Source: Mobula birostris
Taxonomy: Eukaryota
Length of the DNA stretch: 64,000 nt
Direction of reading: 5' to 3'
NCBI RefSeq assembly: GCF_030028105.1
Contig: NC_092377.1
Coordinates: 72,632,569 to 72,696,568, forward strand
The translations under genes and the position numbers were made by a program. This document shows positions 12,454 through 25,384 of the stretch, piece after piece (the stretch's first letter is position 1; the number at the start of each line of letters is the position of its first letter). The notes beneath the pieces are model-generated. The model was given only the letters and a program-made list of their open reading frames with translations. It ran no database searches and had not been told where the DNA came from.

Positions 12454-13019
12454 CGCAAAATACATGAATGTAGTTGGTACATTTTAAATCCAGTTTAAAG
12501 TTGACACACATCATTGATAAGTTGTAATCAATTTAAAGGTTGATTTTTTTTTAGATTGTTTTCCCTGAAAATTAGAAGTATTAAACTAAAAGAGAACAAT
12601 TAACCTTCTGCAAGACTATTTTTTGATTGCTTCAACCCTGCTTATTTCACGCATGCTTTTCTCTCGAATAGAAACTAGTAGTAACATTGTTTCAGAAAAC
12701 TAACTGCTGCAATGGGATAGATGGACAATACTGACAAGTCAATACTTCCTAGTTAACATTGCCACATAAAAAAATCTTTTTCATTTCCACAAATTTTCTT
12801 TAAAAGTAGCCTAAATTTATGGCATGCAAAAACAGTGTACAAAAACGTGTTCAGTTAAATTTGGGACTTACAAAGTATAAAACGATCAAAGCTGCACTAC
12901 CAGCCCTTTACTGCTCAGACATCTTAAGCCACTTCATGACCATGCTGATCATAAGCCAATTCTTAATGGGACACTGAGGCAGTATGGTTCCATAACAGTT
13001 GACATAAAGCTAACTGCTA

Positions 13020-13305
13020 CGCAATGTGGTTCATTGTAAATTGTCCAGTGATTAGACTAGGGTTGAATAGTTGGGTTGCTGGGCAGTGCAGCTCAATGAG
13101 CTGGAAGGGCCTGTTCCATACTCTTTCTCAAAGTAAATACATTCTCTGTGTGACTGAATGGCTCTTCCCGGGTGCTCTGCTTTCTCCCACATTCCAAAGA
13201 CTTCCCAGTTAGTAGGTTAATTGGTCACATGGGTGGAATTGGGCAGCACTGGCCTATTGGGCCAGAAGGGCCTGATACTGTGCCGTACCTCTTAATTAAA
13301 TAAAA
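13020..13305 (+). mobile_element. Two HE1-like V-SINE fragments with CR1-derived tails
   Basis: V-domain ttcccgggtgctctgctttctcccacattccaaagac and tail gggccagaagggcctgatactgtg. Confidence 0.7.
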
Positions 13306-14329
13306 ACCAAAGTAAAATCTGTGCAACTTCTGTGTTTCACTTTCAATAATAATTGTATTGTTAGCAGAAAGTCTCTTGAATACATGCGAACCTGGAGAAA
13401 ACAGTGCAGACAGGGTTAGCCTAGTATATGCACTGATATACAATAAAAAGAGCTCCAGGAATAATTCCTTGTGACAAAGCCAAGCAGCCTTTACTCAAGT
13501 TCTGGATGTTCGATGGACACACCTAAATATGTTTGAGCTCCCATAGTATCATTATATTCAAAGTCTTACATACGTTCTTAAGTTTGCTCCTCCGAATGAC
13601 AAAACTAGTTCTCCCTCTCTCTTCCCTCTTTGCATTTGCTCGTCCTCATCAGTCTGAGGTGCTTTTTATGTTCATCTTGCAGAGGCATGGTTATCATATT
13701 GAGTGTGCACTCCACCTCGTACACAAAATCAACTCGTAGACAACTGGAAAATCGGAACCCATTTGTTACCCTTGAACAGTCTATATTCAGTTGACAGATC
13801 AATTTGAATTATAGATTTATGGTATTTTTGTATACCAATGTAATTTAAAATATTATGTACATTTCATAAGTAAATAAATGCAGTGAAACTATATAAAACT
13901 TAAAAAGAACATTAGTTGTATTTATTTAATTATTTGAATCATTAAAATACATAAATGCTTCTTAGAGAGCAATTTGCTTCATCAAATCCAGATTTTGAAT
14001 GTTTTCAGACTACAGATGTTAAACTGGAGATCTTCACCTGGATCACAATGGCCATAAATAGCTTCAGAGATATTATGGGAACAGAGCACTCAGGTCATTG
14101 CTGAGTTAGAGAGGCAACTGTTTCTACTTTTGTATTGTTTCGGCAATTTTCTAATAAACTTATATGGAACATAGAGATCAGAAATGGTCATTTATCTTCA
14201 CAAGTCCATGACAGAGTTTATGTTCTAAACATACCTCTTCGCACCTCTCTTCATCTACCCCTATTAAGATATTCTTCTCTTATATCATTCAGGAATGGAT
14301 GCTTAATGTTCTAGGGCTTTCAGTGTTTT

Positions 14330-16375
14330 AGAAAAATGTGGCATGTGTTTACAGACCAACTACATAGAGTACACGACAGGTGTGTCTCAGTAAGGAAGAA
14401 GGACAATAAAGGTGAGGTAGGGAGATCTTGGATATCAAGAGCAGTAATTAATTTAGTCAAGAAAACATACGTAAGGTTTAGGAAGCTAAAGTAAAACAAA
14501 GTCCTTGAGGATTATAAATAATCCAGAAAAGAACTCAAAAAGAGAATTAGGAAAGGCAGGAGGGGCCATGGAAAGTCCTTGGTAAATAGGATTAAATAAA
14601 ATCCTAAGGCATTCTATACATGCATCAAAAGCAAGTGGATAACTGGGGAGCAGGTTGGAACATTCACGGATAAAGAAGAGGACATGTGCTTAAAGGCAGA
14701 GGATTTGAGTCAGGTCCTAAATGAGTACTTTACATCTGTATTTAGCAAGGAGAAGGGAATGAGTACAGGGAGATTAGCATGGAGCGTGCCAATATGCTAG
14801 GGTTATTTGAGATAGAGGAGGCAGTGGTCGGTCTTTTAAAGAACATAAAGTTTGATAAGTTCTCAGAGCCTGCTGGGTACCTTGTGTCTGTGCAACTACA
14901 TATCAATTAAAATACAAGTATCCATACAGGAGATGGCTTTAACTAGTGTATTCACATGAGGGAGAGGGGAAGGGGAGGGGGGAGTGGAGAAGATGGATGC
15001 ATAGACAACAGATCAATACGTAGTGCTAAGGGGAGTCATTGTTCTAAAAAAAAATAGATCCATACGTTATAGGGTATACCCCAGATTATTTTGAGAGACA
15101 GGAGAAGAGATTTCTGGGGCTTTGACCAATATCTTTGTGTCCTCTCTAGCCGCAGGTGAGGTCCCAGAGGACTGATGAGTAGCTAAAGTTGTTCCATTAT
15201 TCAAGAAGTGAAATAAGGATAAACCTGGAAATTATAAACTGGTGAGTCTCATGCCAGTGGTAGGCAAGTTAATAGGGAGGATTCTTGGGGATAGGATTTC
15301 TGAGCATTTGGAAAACCATGGCCAAATAAGGGACAATCAGCATGGCTTTGTGTGGGGCAAATTGTGTCTTACTAATTTGATTGAGATTTTAAAGGTGGTG
15401 ACGATAGTGAGATGAGAGTAGGGCTGTTGATGTTGTCTACAAGGATTTTAATAAGGTGCTTGATGAGGCCTTTTATGGGAGGGTCATCCAGAAGATTAAG
15501 GTGCCATTTGGATTCAGAATTGGCTTGTTCATTGAAGCCAGATGGCCATGGTCAGTGGGACTTATTCTGGCTTGAGGTGTGTGTTGAGTGGTGTTCCGCA
15601 GAGATCCGTACTAGGACCTTTGGTGTTTGCGATACGTAACCGACCTAGATGAATATTAGTAAGTTTCCAGACAAGATGAGTATTGGTGGTGTTGTGGCAT
15701 TAAAGACTGGCAAAGGATACAGAACCAGCTGCAGATATCAACAGGGAAATGATAGATAGAGTTCAATCCAGAAAAAAATGTGAACTGTTGCACTATGGGA
15801 GACGGTACACCGATAACAGCAAGTCCCTTTTCTCTGTTGATGATTCAAGGCATTTTGGGGTCCAAGGCCATAGCTCTCTGACAGTGGCTACACAGGCTGA
15901 TAGCGTGGGAACGAAGCACGTGGTATGATTTGCCTTTATTAGTCGAGGAATTGAGTTCAAGAATCCAAAAATTATGTTGCAGCTTTATAAACCTTGTTGT
16001 AAGATTATGAGGAACAAAGAGTCAATGGCCAATATCTTTCTCCCAGTGTTAAAATACCCAATACCAGAGGGCATGCATTTAAGGAGAGAGGGCAAGCTTA
16101 AAGAAGATGTGTGAGCATGTTTCATTTTTCCACAAAGAGAATGGTGGGTGCCTGGGATGTGTGGCCTGCAGTGGTGATGGAGGCAAACACGAAAGGTACA
16201 TTCAAAAAGCTACTAGATAGACACTTGAATGTGCAGGAAATGGAAGGAAATGGACATTGTGCAGGCAGAAAGAATTAGTGTAGTTGGGCATTTCATTACT
16301 AATGTAATCTGCTTGGCACAATATTGTAGGCCAACGGGCCTGTTCCTGTGCTGTACTGTACTGATGAAGAACTGT
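14330..16375 (+). mobile_element. Degenerate CR1 LINE (ORF2 second half plus 3' UTR) with an internal insertion at 14880-15071
   Basis: Colinear with about 9100-11150 (aggtcctaaatgagtacttt, cagcatggctttgtg, gggcctgttcctgtgctgtac). Confidence 0.85.
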
Positions 16376-16839
16376 GTTCTATGTTCAGTCTCTGACCTTC
16401 TGTGTCCTCAAGTGTGCATGTGAATATCGTTACCTTTTCACTCCCCTCCCATCACCACAGCATCCAGTCACTCATTAGTAACAGAAATGGACAATTGTTA
16501 CTTGTGCAGTAGCATGCCCCCTTAAGAACTGGCTGAGAAGAGCACAACCACTGGGTTGCATGCTGACAGCAGTGAGAACTACATCACATTTTATTGGAAG
16601 CACTTGTACTGAAACTGATAATATTAGATTCACCACAAAATTTTACCGTAAGCCTCAGCAATGATGCTCTGTAAATCTTATTTTGAAATTTTTGTTATTT
16701 ATATGACTGTCATAAGAACATTGGGATGACCCACAATTTGTTCCAGCAACAGGTTATAACATGTAGCAATTTCTGGGCCAATATCTCTATTTATCACATG
16801 ATAACAAAGAGAATCCTGGTTCTGTATAATTGAACTGAA

Positions 16840-19490
16840 CCATTTGTGAATTTTTTGGCATCCCAAGCAGCTTTTGGCCAAGTCTTCAGTCTGTTTATCT
16901 ATTCCCGGCCACCACACGGAGCTCTGGGTGAGGCTCTTCATCTTGACGGCACCGAGGTGTCCTCCATGCAGATTCTCTAACTCTGATGCACAGTTTAGGG
17001 GGAACCGCAACACGAGATCCACACATCAACAGTTGGTCCTGTCTCACTGAGAATGGTGGAAACATCAGCCTTGCATGGTGATTTCATAGACTTCTCACAA
17101 AGTTGGGTCATTCCTTGTTTCCCTTTGTATTTCAGAATTTGTTACCGGCAACTGGTCCACCAATGTAGTGTGGAACAATTCTTCTGGGTCACAGTATGAA
17201 GACTTTTCTACTTCAGTTACCAATAGTGGAAGACATGACAAGCCATCAGCGTTGCTGTGTCATTTGGTACCCTTGAGCTCTATATCATAAGAGCGGGCTC
17301 CTAGGAATAGTACCCAGTGTTGTAACCGGGTAGCAGTCATCACTGGAATTCCCTTCCTGGGATTGAAAATAGACACAAGGGGCTGGTGATCTGTCATTAG
17401 TGTAAACTTCTGTCCATAGGGGTAGTGGTGGAACTTCTTTATTCCCCATACTAGACTAAGGGCAGGGATGGGTCATGATGGGTAAGCAGTTCATCAGATG
17501 TTAATTGTCTCTTTGTTTCCTTGAATGCTTTCTCACATCGTTCTGACCATTCCCACTTTACTCTTTTCTGAAACAGTGCATTCAATGGATACAGAGTGTA
17601 GCAATGTTTGGGAGAACCCAGTGGTAGTAGTTTATAAGGCCAAAGTGTGACCTGAGTTGTGACACATTTTCCTGTTTGGGTGCCTGTAGCGCTGTTTCAG
17701 TTTTCTCTTGTGACCTTTGTAACCCATGCTTGTCAAAGACATGCCCACAATATGAAATTTCATTCCTGAAAAATTCACATTTCTCTCTCTCTGCGCACAG
17801 ACCATACTCACTCAGCCTGGTAAGCACTTTACCAAAGTTCTGGAGGTGCTGTTCATCATTTTTGCCAGTCACGATGCTGTCATCAAGGTAACATTGTGTT
17901 CCTGAGCTATCTTGAAGCACTTGGTCCATTGCTGTTTGCCAAATTGCTGGAGCTCATGCAATGTCAAAGATGAGACGATTATACTGGAACAGTCCCTTGT
18001 GAGTGTTGATTGTGAGGAACTTCCTGCTTGACTCCTCAATCTCCATTTGCAGATTGGCTTGTGACAAATCAATTTTTGAAAACTTATCCCCATCTGAAGA
18101 TGTCTTCTATTCATGGCAAGGGACACTGCACAGTACACAACATTGGCTTGATACTCACCTTGAAATCTCCAGATATGTGAACGGCTCTGGCCTTCATTTT
18201 CTTGATCACCGGGACAATGGGCGTGGCCCAATCGCTCTACTCAAACGGAGAGAATTCCATGCTCTGCAGTTCAGCATCCACTTTAGGACTTAGTGCATAT
18301 GGCACGGGATGTGCTTTATGGAGTCTTGGTATCATTGTTTCATCCAGATCAATTCTGACCTTCACGCCTTTGAGTTTACCAATCCTCTTCTCAAACACCT
18401 TGTCAATAGCATTAAGCAGCTGTGCCAATTGGTCTTACCATTTGCATTGCCATTGCCTGTTGATGTCACACTGAGGGCTTTGACTGAGTGCCAGTCCAGT
18501 TGGATTTTTCTCAGCCATTAATGTCCAAAGAGTGCTGCCCCTCCACTTTTCAATACACATAAGCTCTAACTGTTGTGCTTAGCCTCCATATGTCATACTT
18601 ACTTACAGTTTGCCTCTGGGAAACACTTCCTGCCTGTGTAGGTCTTTAGCATCACTGAGGTCTTCTTTAACAGTATCTTAGAAAGGAGTCTGTTGTAGTC
18701 AACCTCCGAAACTACAGACAAAGCTGACCCTATATCCGGCTCCATTTTCAGTTTTACACCAGACCATCCATAGTGATCCAGATGATTTTGTGATTTGCTT
18801 CAGTTATACTATGCAGTTTTAGGCATGACAGTTCACCTTTGTCAGACTCTATGTTGTCTGTTTCTGTTTCACATTCGATAACTTTATGCATTCCTTTGGA
18901 TTTGTGTTCAAGACCTTTCACTTGATTGTGCTTTTTGTCTGCCTTGCACATACTTTCTACGTACCCTTGTCTGTGACACTTTCTGCAGACTTTTCTTTGA
19001 ACCAACAGTCATCATGGGAGGATTTGCCACATCGATGTCACCTTTAGTTTTTTGCACCATTCAGGGACAGTTTGTGTATTTCACATTCTAGCCTCCTTTT
19101 CTGTAGTTCTGCTGCATCCTGGGCTGCAGTGTCGAATGATATTTCAATGGTCAATGCCTGTTCTAAGGTTAGGTCTCTTTCATATAATAGCCTCTTCTGA
19201 GTGCTTTAACCATGCATGCTACATACAAGTCTGTCCCTTAAAGCATCAGAAGGTCCATTTCTAAAGTCACAATACCGGGAAAGTATGCACAGTTCTGCAA
19301 TGTATTCAGAATGACCTTCATCTTTTGACTGGTTTATTTTGTAAAATCTACATCTCTCAGCTATTATCAGCAGTTTAGGGCTCAAGTGATATCGTAAAAT
19401 TATAACAATTTCATCAAACATCTTGCTTGCAGGCTGTTCAGTGGTTACTAGGTTGCGCAAGAGATTGTATATTCTTGGTCCCATCAAGCT
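16840..19490 (-). mobile_element. Gypsy LTR retrotransposon internal region (Mag-like gag-pol), degenerate, no LTRs seen
   Basis: gag (YNLLRNLV, IIAERCRFY), zinc knuckle CRKCHRQGY, protease KMEPDIGS, RT QCYLDD and KCEFF, integrase LHGGHLG...WWPGID...CLGC. Confidence 0.9.
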
Positions 19491-20694
19491 AAAATGACAT
19501 TAGATGACTGGCAATTTCCTGATTTCAGTTGGCGCTTTGGTTACTGTTGGTTGGTGTGGGGGGGGGGGTGTTAGGGAGAGAATACATATCGGGGGAAGCT
19601 GCAGTGACCGGGTCTCCGGTCCCGAGTCTGGTTCTGCGTCCCAGAGATTCCATGGACAGAGGAGCAGAAAGAAGATTCAGTGGACGTGAAAGAGACACCT
19701 GGAACGTATGTTTTCTCCCAGGTGCCAGGATCAGGAATGTCTTGGATCAGGTCGACAGCATTCTAAAGGGAGAGGGTGAACAGCCAGAAGTTGTGGTACA
19801 TATTGTTATCAACCACATGGTTATGAAAAAGGGGAAGGTCCTGAAGAGAGAATATAGTGAGTTCAGCAGAAAGCTGAAAAGCAGGACCTCCAGGCCAGTA
19901 ATCTCTGGATTGTTCCGTATGCAACTTCCCAGTGAAGATAAAAATAGGATGATTTGGTAGATAAATGCATGGCTGAAAAATTGGTGCAGGGAGCAGGGTT
20001 TCAGATTTCTGGATCATTGGGATCTCTTCTGGGGAAGGTATAACCTGTATAGAAAGGATGGCGTACACCTAAACCTGAGGGAGACCAATATCCTTGCAGA
20101 CAGGTTTTCTAGAGCTGAGGGGGAGGGTTCAGACTAATTTAGCAAGGGGGTGGGAACCAGAGTGACAGGGCAGAGAATGGGACAGTTGGTATACAACTAG
20201 ATGTAGTGAGACTGTGAGGAAGGACAGGTAGATGATACGGCAAAATTGCAGTCAGTGGGATGAGTAAAGTGAAAGAGGGAGCCAAAATCAAAAAGGGTGA
20301 TGAATACAGGACTGAAGGTATTATATTTGAATGTACGCAATATACGGAATAAAGTAGATGATCTTGTATCATATTTAGAGATTGGTTGGTATCATGCTGT
20401 GGGCATCTCAGAATTGTAGCTGAAAGAAGATCATAGTTGGGAGCTTAATATTCAAGGATACCCATTGTATCGAAATGACAGGCAGGTAGGCAGAGGGGGT
20501 GGCATGGCTCTGTCAGTAGAAAGTGAATTCAAATCCTTAGAAAAAGAGGTGACATAGGATTGGAAGATGTAGAGTCAAGGAACTGCAAGGGTAAAAAGAC
20601 ACTAGTGGAAGTTATATGCAGGCCTCCAAACAGGAGCAAAGATGCTGGCTACAAATTACAATGGGAGATAGAAAAGGCATGTGAAAACGGCAAT

Positions 20695-20858
20695 ACACAC
20701 AAAATGCTGGTGGAACGCAGGACTGACGAAGGGTCTCAGCCTGAAACGTCGACTGTGCTTCTTCCTATGGATGCTGCCTGGTCTGCTGTGTTCCACCAGC
20801 ATTTTGTGTGGTGTTGCTTGAATTTCCAGCATCTGCAGATTTCCTCATGTTTGCATTT
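20695..20858 (+). mobile_element. 164-bp non-coding Penelope-derived mini-element with inverted repeat and hammerhead core, inserted in CR1
   Basis: Inverted repeat 20696-20720 / 20786-20810 (24 of 25 complementary); TSD tgaaaacggcaat (20682-20694) / tgaaaaggtcaat (20859-20871); body matches 25353-25447. Confidence 0.85.
20723..20754 (+). ncRNA. Minimal hammerhead ribozyme core (5' strand of stem I missing)
   Basis: CUGACGA-AGG(gucucag)CCU-GAAA-C-GUC-gacu. Confidence 0.65.
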
Positions 20859-23064
20859 TGAAAAGGTCAATGTTGTGATAATCGTGGGGATTTCAGTATG
20901 CGCGTAGATTGGGAAAATCAGGTTGGTGCTGGATCCCAAGAAAGGGAATTAGTACAATGCCCATGAGGTGGCTTTCTAGAGCAGCTTGTGGTTTAGCCCA
21001 ATTGCCAAATGACAATACTGGATTGGGTGTTATATTGTGACCCAAATTTGACTAGGGAGCTAAAGATAAAGGAACCCTTAGGAGACAGTAATCATATTAT
21101 GATAGAATTCACCCCATAGTCTGAGAAGGAGAAGCGAAGATCTGATGTATTAGATTCACAATGGAGTAAAGGGGATGCATGAGGGGGGAGCTGGCCAAAG
21201 TTGGTCAAGCACAGCAATGGTTGGTGTTTCTGGGGGAAATTCGAAAGGTGCAGATAAGCTACATCTCAAATATAAAAAAAAAGTATTCCAAAGGGAGGAT
21301 AAGGTAACTGTGGCTGATAAGGGAAGTCAAAGAAAGCATAAAAAGCAAAAGAGAGGATATATAAATTAGCAAAAAGTGTGGGAAGGTAGAGAATTGAGAA
21401 GCTTTTAAAAATCAACTAAAGACAACTAAAAAGCCATAAACAGAGAAAAGATGAAATATGAAGGTAAGCTAGCCAGTCACCTAAAAGATACAAAAAGTTA
21501 TTTCAGATATATAAAGAGTAAAAGAGAAACGAAAGTAGACGTTGAACATAGTAATGGGGTAGAGAAATGGTGGACAAACTTAAATAAGTATTTCGTGTCC
21601 AACTCCACTGTGGAAAACACTAGCAGTATGCCTGAAATGTGAGTGTGTCAGGGGATAGAAATGAATGTCATTGCGACTACTAAGGAGAAGGTGCTTGGGA
21701 AGCTGAAAAGTGTGACAAGTTAGACAAGTCACCTGGACCAGATGGACTACACCCCTGGGTTCTGGAAGAGGTAGCTGAAGAGACTATGGAGGCATTAATG
21801 ATGATCTCTCAAGCATAACTAGTCCCTGGAATAGTTCTGGAGGAAATTGTAAATATCACTCCAATCTTTAAGAAGGGAGAGAGGCAGAAGAAAGGAAATT
21901 ATAGGCCAGTTAGCTTGACTTCAGTTGTTGGGAAGATGTTGGAGTCCATTATTAAGGATGGGCATTCGGGGTACATGATAAAATAGGCCAAAATCAGCAT
22001 GTTTTCCTTAAGGGGAAATCTTGCCTGACAAATCTGCTGTAATTTTTTGCTTAATGGTTGTTATTGGGAACGCTTCTTTTTACATTATATGTCAATGATT
22101 TGGATAAAGGAATTGATGGCTTTGTGACTAATTTTGTGGACGATATAAAGATAGGAAGAGGGACAAGTAGTGTTGAGGAAGTAGGAAGTCTGCAGGAGGA
22201 CGTGGACAGATTGGGGGAATGGGCAAAGAAGTGGTACATGGAATACAATGTAGGGAAGTGAATGGCCATGCATTTTGGCAGAAGGAATGAAGGTGTGGAC
22301 TATTTTCTAAATGGGGAGGAAATGCAAAAATCAGAGGTACAAAGGGACTTGGGAGAACTGATGCGGGATTACCTAAAGGTTAATGTGCAGGTTGAATCGA
22401 TGGTAAAAGAACCAAATGCAATGTTAGCATTCTGTTTGAGAAGACGAGAATACAAAAGCTAGGATACAATGCTGAGGCTTTATAAGGCATTGGTCAGACC
22501 CTACCTGGAGAATTGTGAGCAATTTTGGGTGCATTATCTAAGAAGGGATGTGCTGGCATTGGAGAAGATCCATTGAAGGTTCCCAATAATGATTCCAGGA
22601 ATTAAAGTGTTAACATACGAGGTATGCTTGGTAGCTCTGGGACTGTACTCACTGGAGCTTAGAAGAATGAGGGGGGAATCTCAATGAAACCTATTGGATA
22701 TTGAAAGGCCTAAATAGAGTGGACGTGGAGCAGATGTTTCTGACAGTGGAAAACCTAGGACCGCAAGGCACAGCCTCAGAATTTGGAGTTGTCCATTTAG
22801 AACAGAGATGAAGAAAAATTTCTTTAACAAGAGGGTGGTGAATCTGTGGAATTCATTGCCAAAGAAAGCTGCGCAGACCAGTGTATTGGGTATATTTCAA
22901 TTGAAAGTTGATGGGTTCTTGATTTATCAGGGCATTAAAGGACACAGGGAGATGGCAGGAGAATAGGATTGAGAGAGCTAATAAATCAACCATGATGCAA
23001 TGGGGGGCACAGATTCCATAGGCCAAATGGCCTAATTCTTCTCCTATGTCTCATTATTGTCTAT

Positions 23065-23320
23065 ATTTAACACAGCAAGATCCACAAGCAGCAATGTGAT
23101 AACAGCTGAGCAATCTGTTTCAGAAATACTGGTTACAAGGTAAACATTGACCACAAGAGCAAGCAAAGCTACCACTTGCTCTTTAACTTTAATTGTAGGA
23201 TATTTTATGTTTACCTACACAAAGCTGGTGGGGGGGTTGAGACCTATCATCTTACTTGACAAACAGCACCACTCCCCAATGGCTCAGTTCCCCCCAAGTA
23301 AATCTACAGCGCATCATCCT
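23065..23320 (-). mobile_element. DeuSINE-like relic
   Basis: acacagcaagatccacaagcagcaatg...cttgctcttt...ggatattttatgtttacct parallels 56830-57160. Confidence 0.5.
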
Positions 23321-23327
23321 CAAACTT

Positions 23328-23795
23328 CAGAGTTCAAAGTATATTTATTATCCAAGTTTCATATTTCATCATATACTACCATGAGATGGGTTCATTTTCC
23401 TGCAGGTATTCACGTAGAACAAAGAAATGCAATTGAATCAATAAAATCACTACACAAACAAATATCAGCGAGCAACCAATCCGCAAAAAAAGATAAACTG
23501 TGAAAATACAAACAAAGAAACAAACAAATAAATAAATAATGCTGGGAATACCAGTTAAAGAGTCCTTGAAAGTGATTGTGATCGGCGATCTGTTTGGTGT
23601 TGAGGTGAGTGAAGCTATCTACGAAGGTTCAGGAGCCTGATAGTTGTAGGGTAATGAGTGTTCCTGGGCCTAGTGGTATGGGACTTAAGGCTCCTGTACC
23701 TCCCTATTTGCTGCAGCAAGAAGAGTGGATGGCCTGGATGGCAGGGGTCCTTCATGATTGATGCGGCATTCTCATGGCAGTGCTCCTTGTAAATG
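23328..23795 (-). mobile_element. Rex1/Babar-type LINE 3' fragment
   Basis: Begins with the reverse complement of the tail seen at 34960-35362 and continues into reversed RT C-terminal sequence. Confidence 0.7.
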
Positions 23796-24055
23796 TGGAT
23801 GTTCTGTTCAAGTTTGAACCCACAAATCTCTGATTAACACCTGGAGTTAGCTAAGACAGACATTACAATAGAAGAGGTGGAAAAATGCTGAATGATCTTC
23901 TTCAGCCTTCATTGAAGGGCTAATATAACACTCTGGTTATGCAATGGCACCATTGCTGGTTAAAACTTTGATGCGCATTGTACTAGATTGCCCCTTTGTC
24001 TGCACTGAGAGAGTCCCCGTGCACTAAAGCCCATTAAAGTGGTTTTCCTTTTTAA

Positions 24056-25051
24056 AACTTTCACCCTGCCCTCAAGTTTACCTGGTCCATTTCCAACACC
24101 TCCCTCCCCTTTCTAGATCTTTCTGTCTCTGTCTCTGGAGACAGCTTATCCACTGATGTCTACTATAAGCCTACTGACTCTCACAGCTATCTGGACTATT
24201 CCTCTTCTCACCCTGTCTCTCGCAAAAACGCCATCCCCTTCTCGCAATTCCTCCGTCTCCGCCGCATCTGCTCTCAGGATGAGGCCTTTCATTCTAGGAC
24301 GAGGGAGATGTCTTCCTTTTTTAAAGAAAGGGGCTTCCCTTCCTCCACTGTCAACTCTGCTGTTAAACGCATCTCCCCCATTTCACGTACATCTGCTCTC
24401 ACTCCATCCTCCCGCCACCCCACTAGGAATAGGGTTCCCCTGGTCCTCACCTACCACCCCACCAGCCTCCGGGTCCAACATATTATTCTCCGTAACTTCC
24501 GCCACCTCCAATGGGATCCCACCACTAAGCACATCTTTCCCTCCCCCGCTCTCTCTGCATTCCGCAGGGATCGCTCCCTACGCAACTCCCTTGTCCATTC
24601 GTCCCCCCCATCCCTCCCCACTGATCTCCCTCCTGGCACTTATCCGTGTAAGCGGAACAAGTGCTACACATGCCCTTACACTTCCTCCCTTATCACCATT
24701 CAGGGCCCCAAACAGTCCTTCCAGGTGAGGCAACACTTCACCTGTGAGTCGGCTGGGGTGATATACTGCGTCCGGTGCTCCCGATGTGGCCTTTTATATA
24801 TTGGCGAGACCCGACGCAGACTGGGAGACTGCTTTGCTGAACATCTACGCTCTGTCCGCCAGAGAAAGCAGGATCTCCCAGTGGCCACACATTTTAATTC
24901 CACATCCCATTCCCATTCTGACATGTCTATCCACGGCCTCCTCTACTGTAAAGATGGTGCCACACTCAGGTTGGAGGAACAACACCTTATATTCCATCTG
25001 GGTAGCCTCCAACCTGATGGCATGAACATCGACTTCTCTAACTTCCGTTAA
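24056..25051 (+). pseudogene. Penelope RT C-terminus plus GIY-YIG endonuclease, uninterrupted 331-codon frame, 5'-truncated
   Basis: NFHPALKFT, LPFLDL, VYYKPT, YLDYSSSHP, YPCKRNKCYTC, VIYCVRCSRCGLLYIGETRRRLGDCFAEH, PDGMN. Confidence 0.92.
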
Positions 25052-25348
25052 TGCCCCACCTCCCCCTCGTACCCCATCTGTTACTTATTTTTATACACAC
25101 ATTCTTTCTCTCACTCTCCTTTTTCTCCCTCTGTCCCTCTGAATATACCTCTTGCCCATCCTCTGGGTCCCCCCCCCCCCCGCCGTCTTTCTTCCCAGAC
25201 CTCCTGTCCCACGATCCTCTCTTATCCCTTTTGCCTATCACCTGTCCAGCTCTTGGCTCCATCCCTCCCCCTCCTGTCTTCTCCTATCATTTTGGATCTC
25301 CCCCTCCCCCTCCAACTTTCAAATCCCTTACTCACTCTTCCTTCAGTT

Positions 25349-25384
25349 AGTCCTGACGAAGGGACTCGGCCTGAAACGTCGACT
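25349..25384 (+). ncRNA. Minimal type I hammerhead ribozyme, intact core
   Basis: Stem I AGUC/GACU, core CUGACGA, stem II AGG/CCU with a 7-nt loop, GAAA, palindromic ACGU in place of stem III, GUC cleavage triplet (predicted cut at 25380/25381). Confidence 0.8.

Larger units (their letters stand above)
19585..23062 (+). mobile_element. Older near-full-length CR1 LINE (ORF1 esterase, APE, RT, 3' UTR) with internal deletions
   Basis: FLPGARIRNV, PEVVVHI, DGVHL, APE remnants, YVNDLD, FVDDIKIG, tail ggccaaatggcctaattcttctcctatg. Confidence 0.9.
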
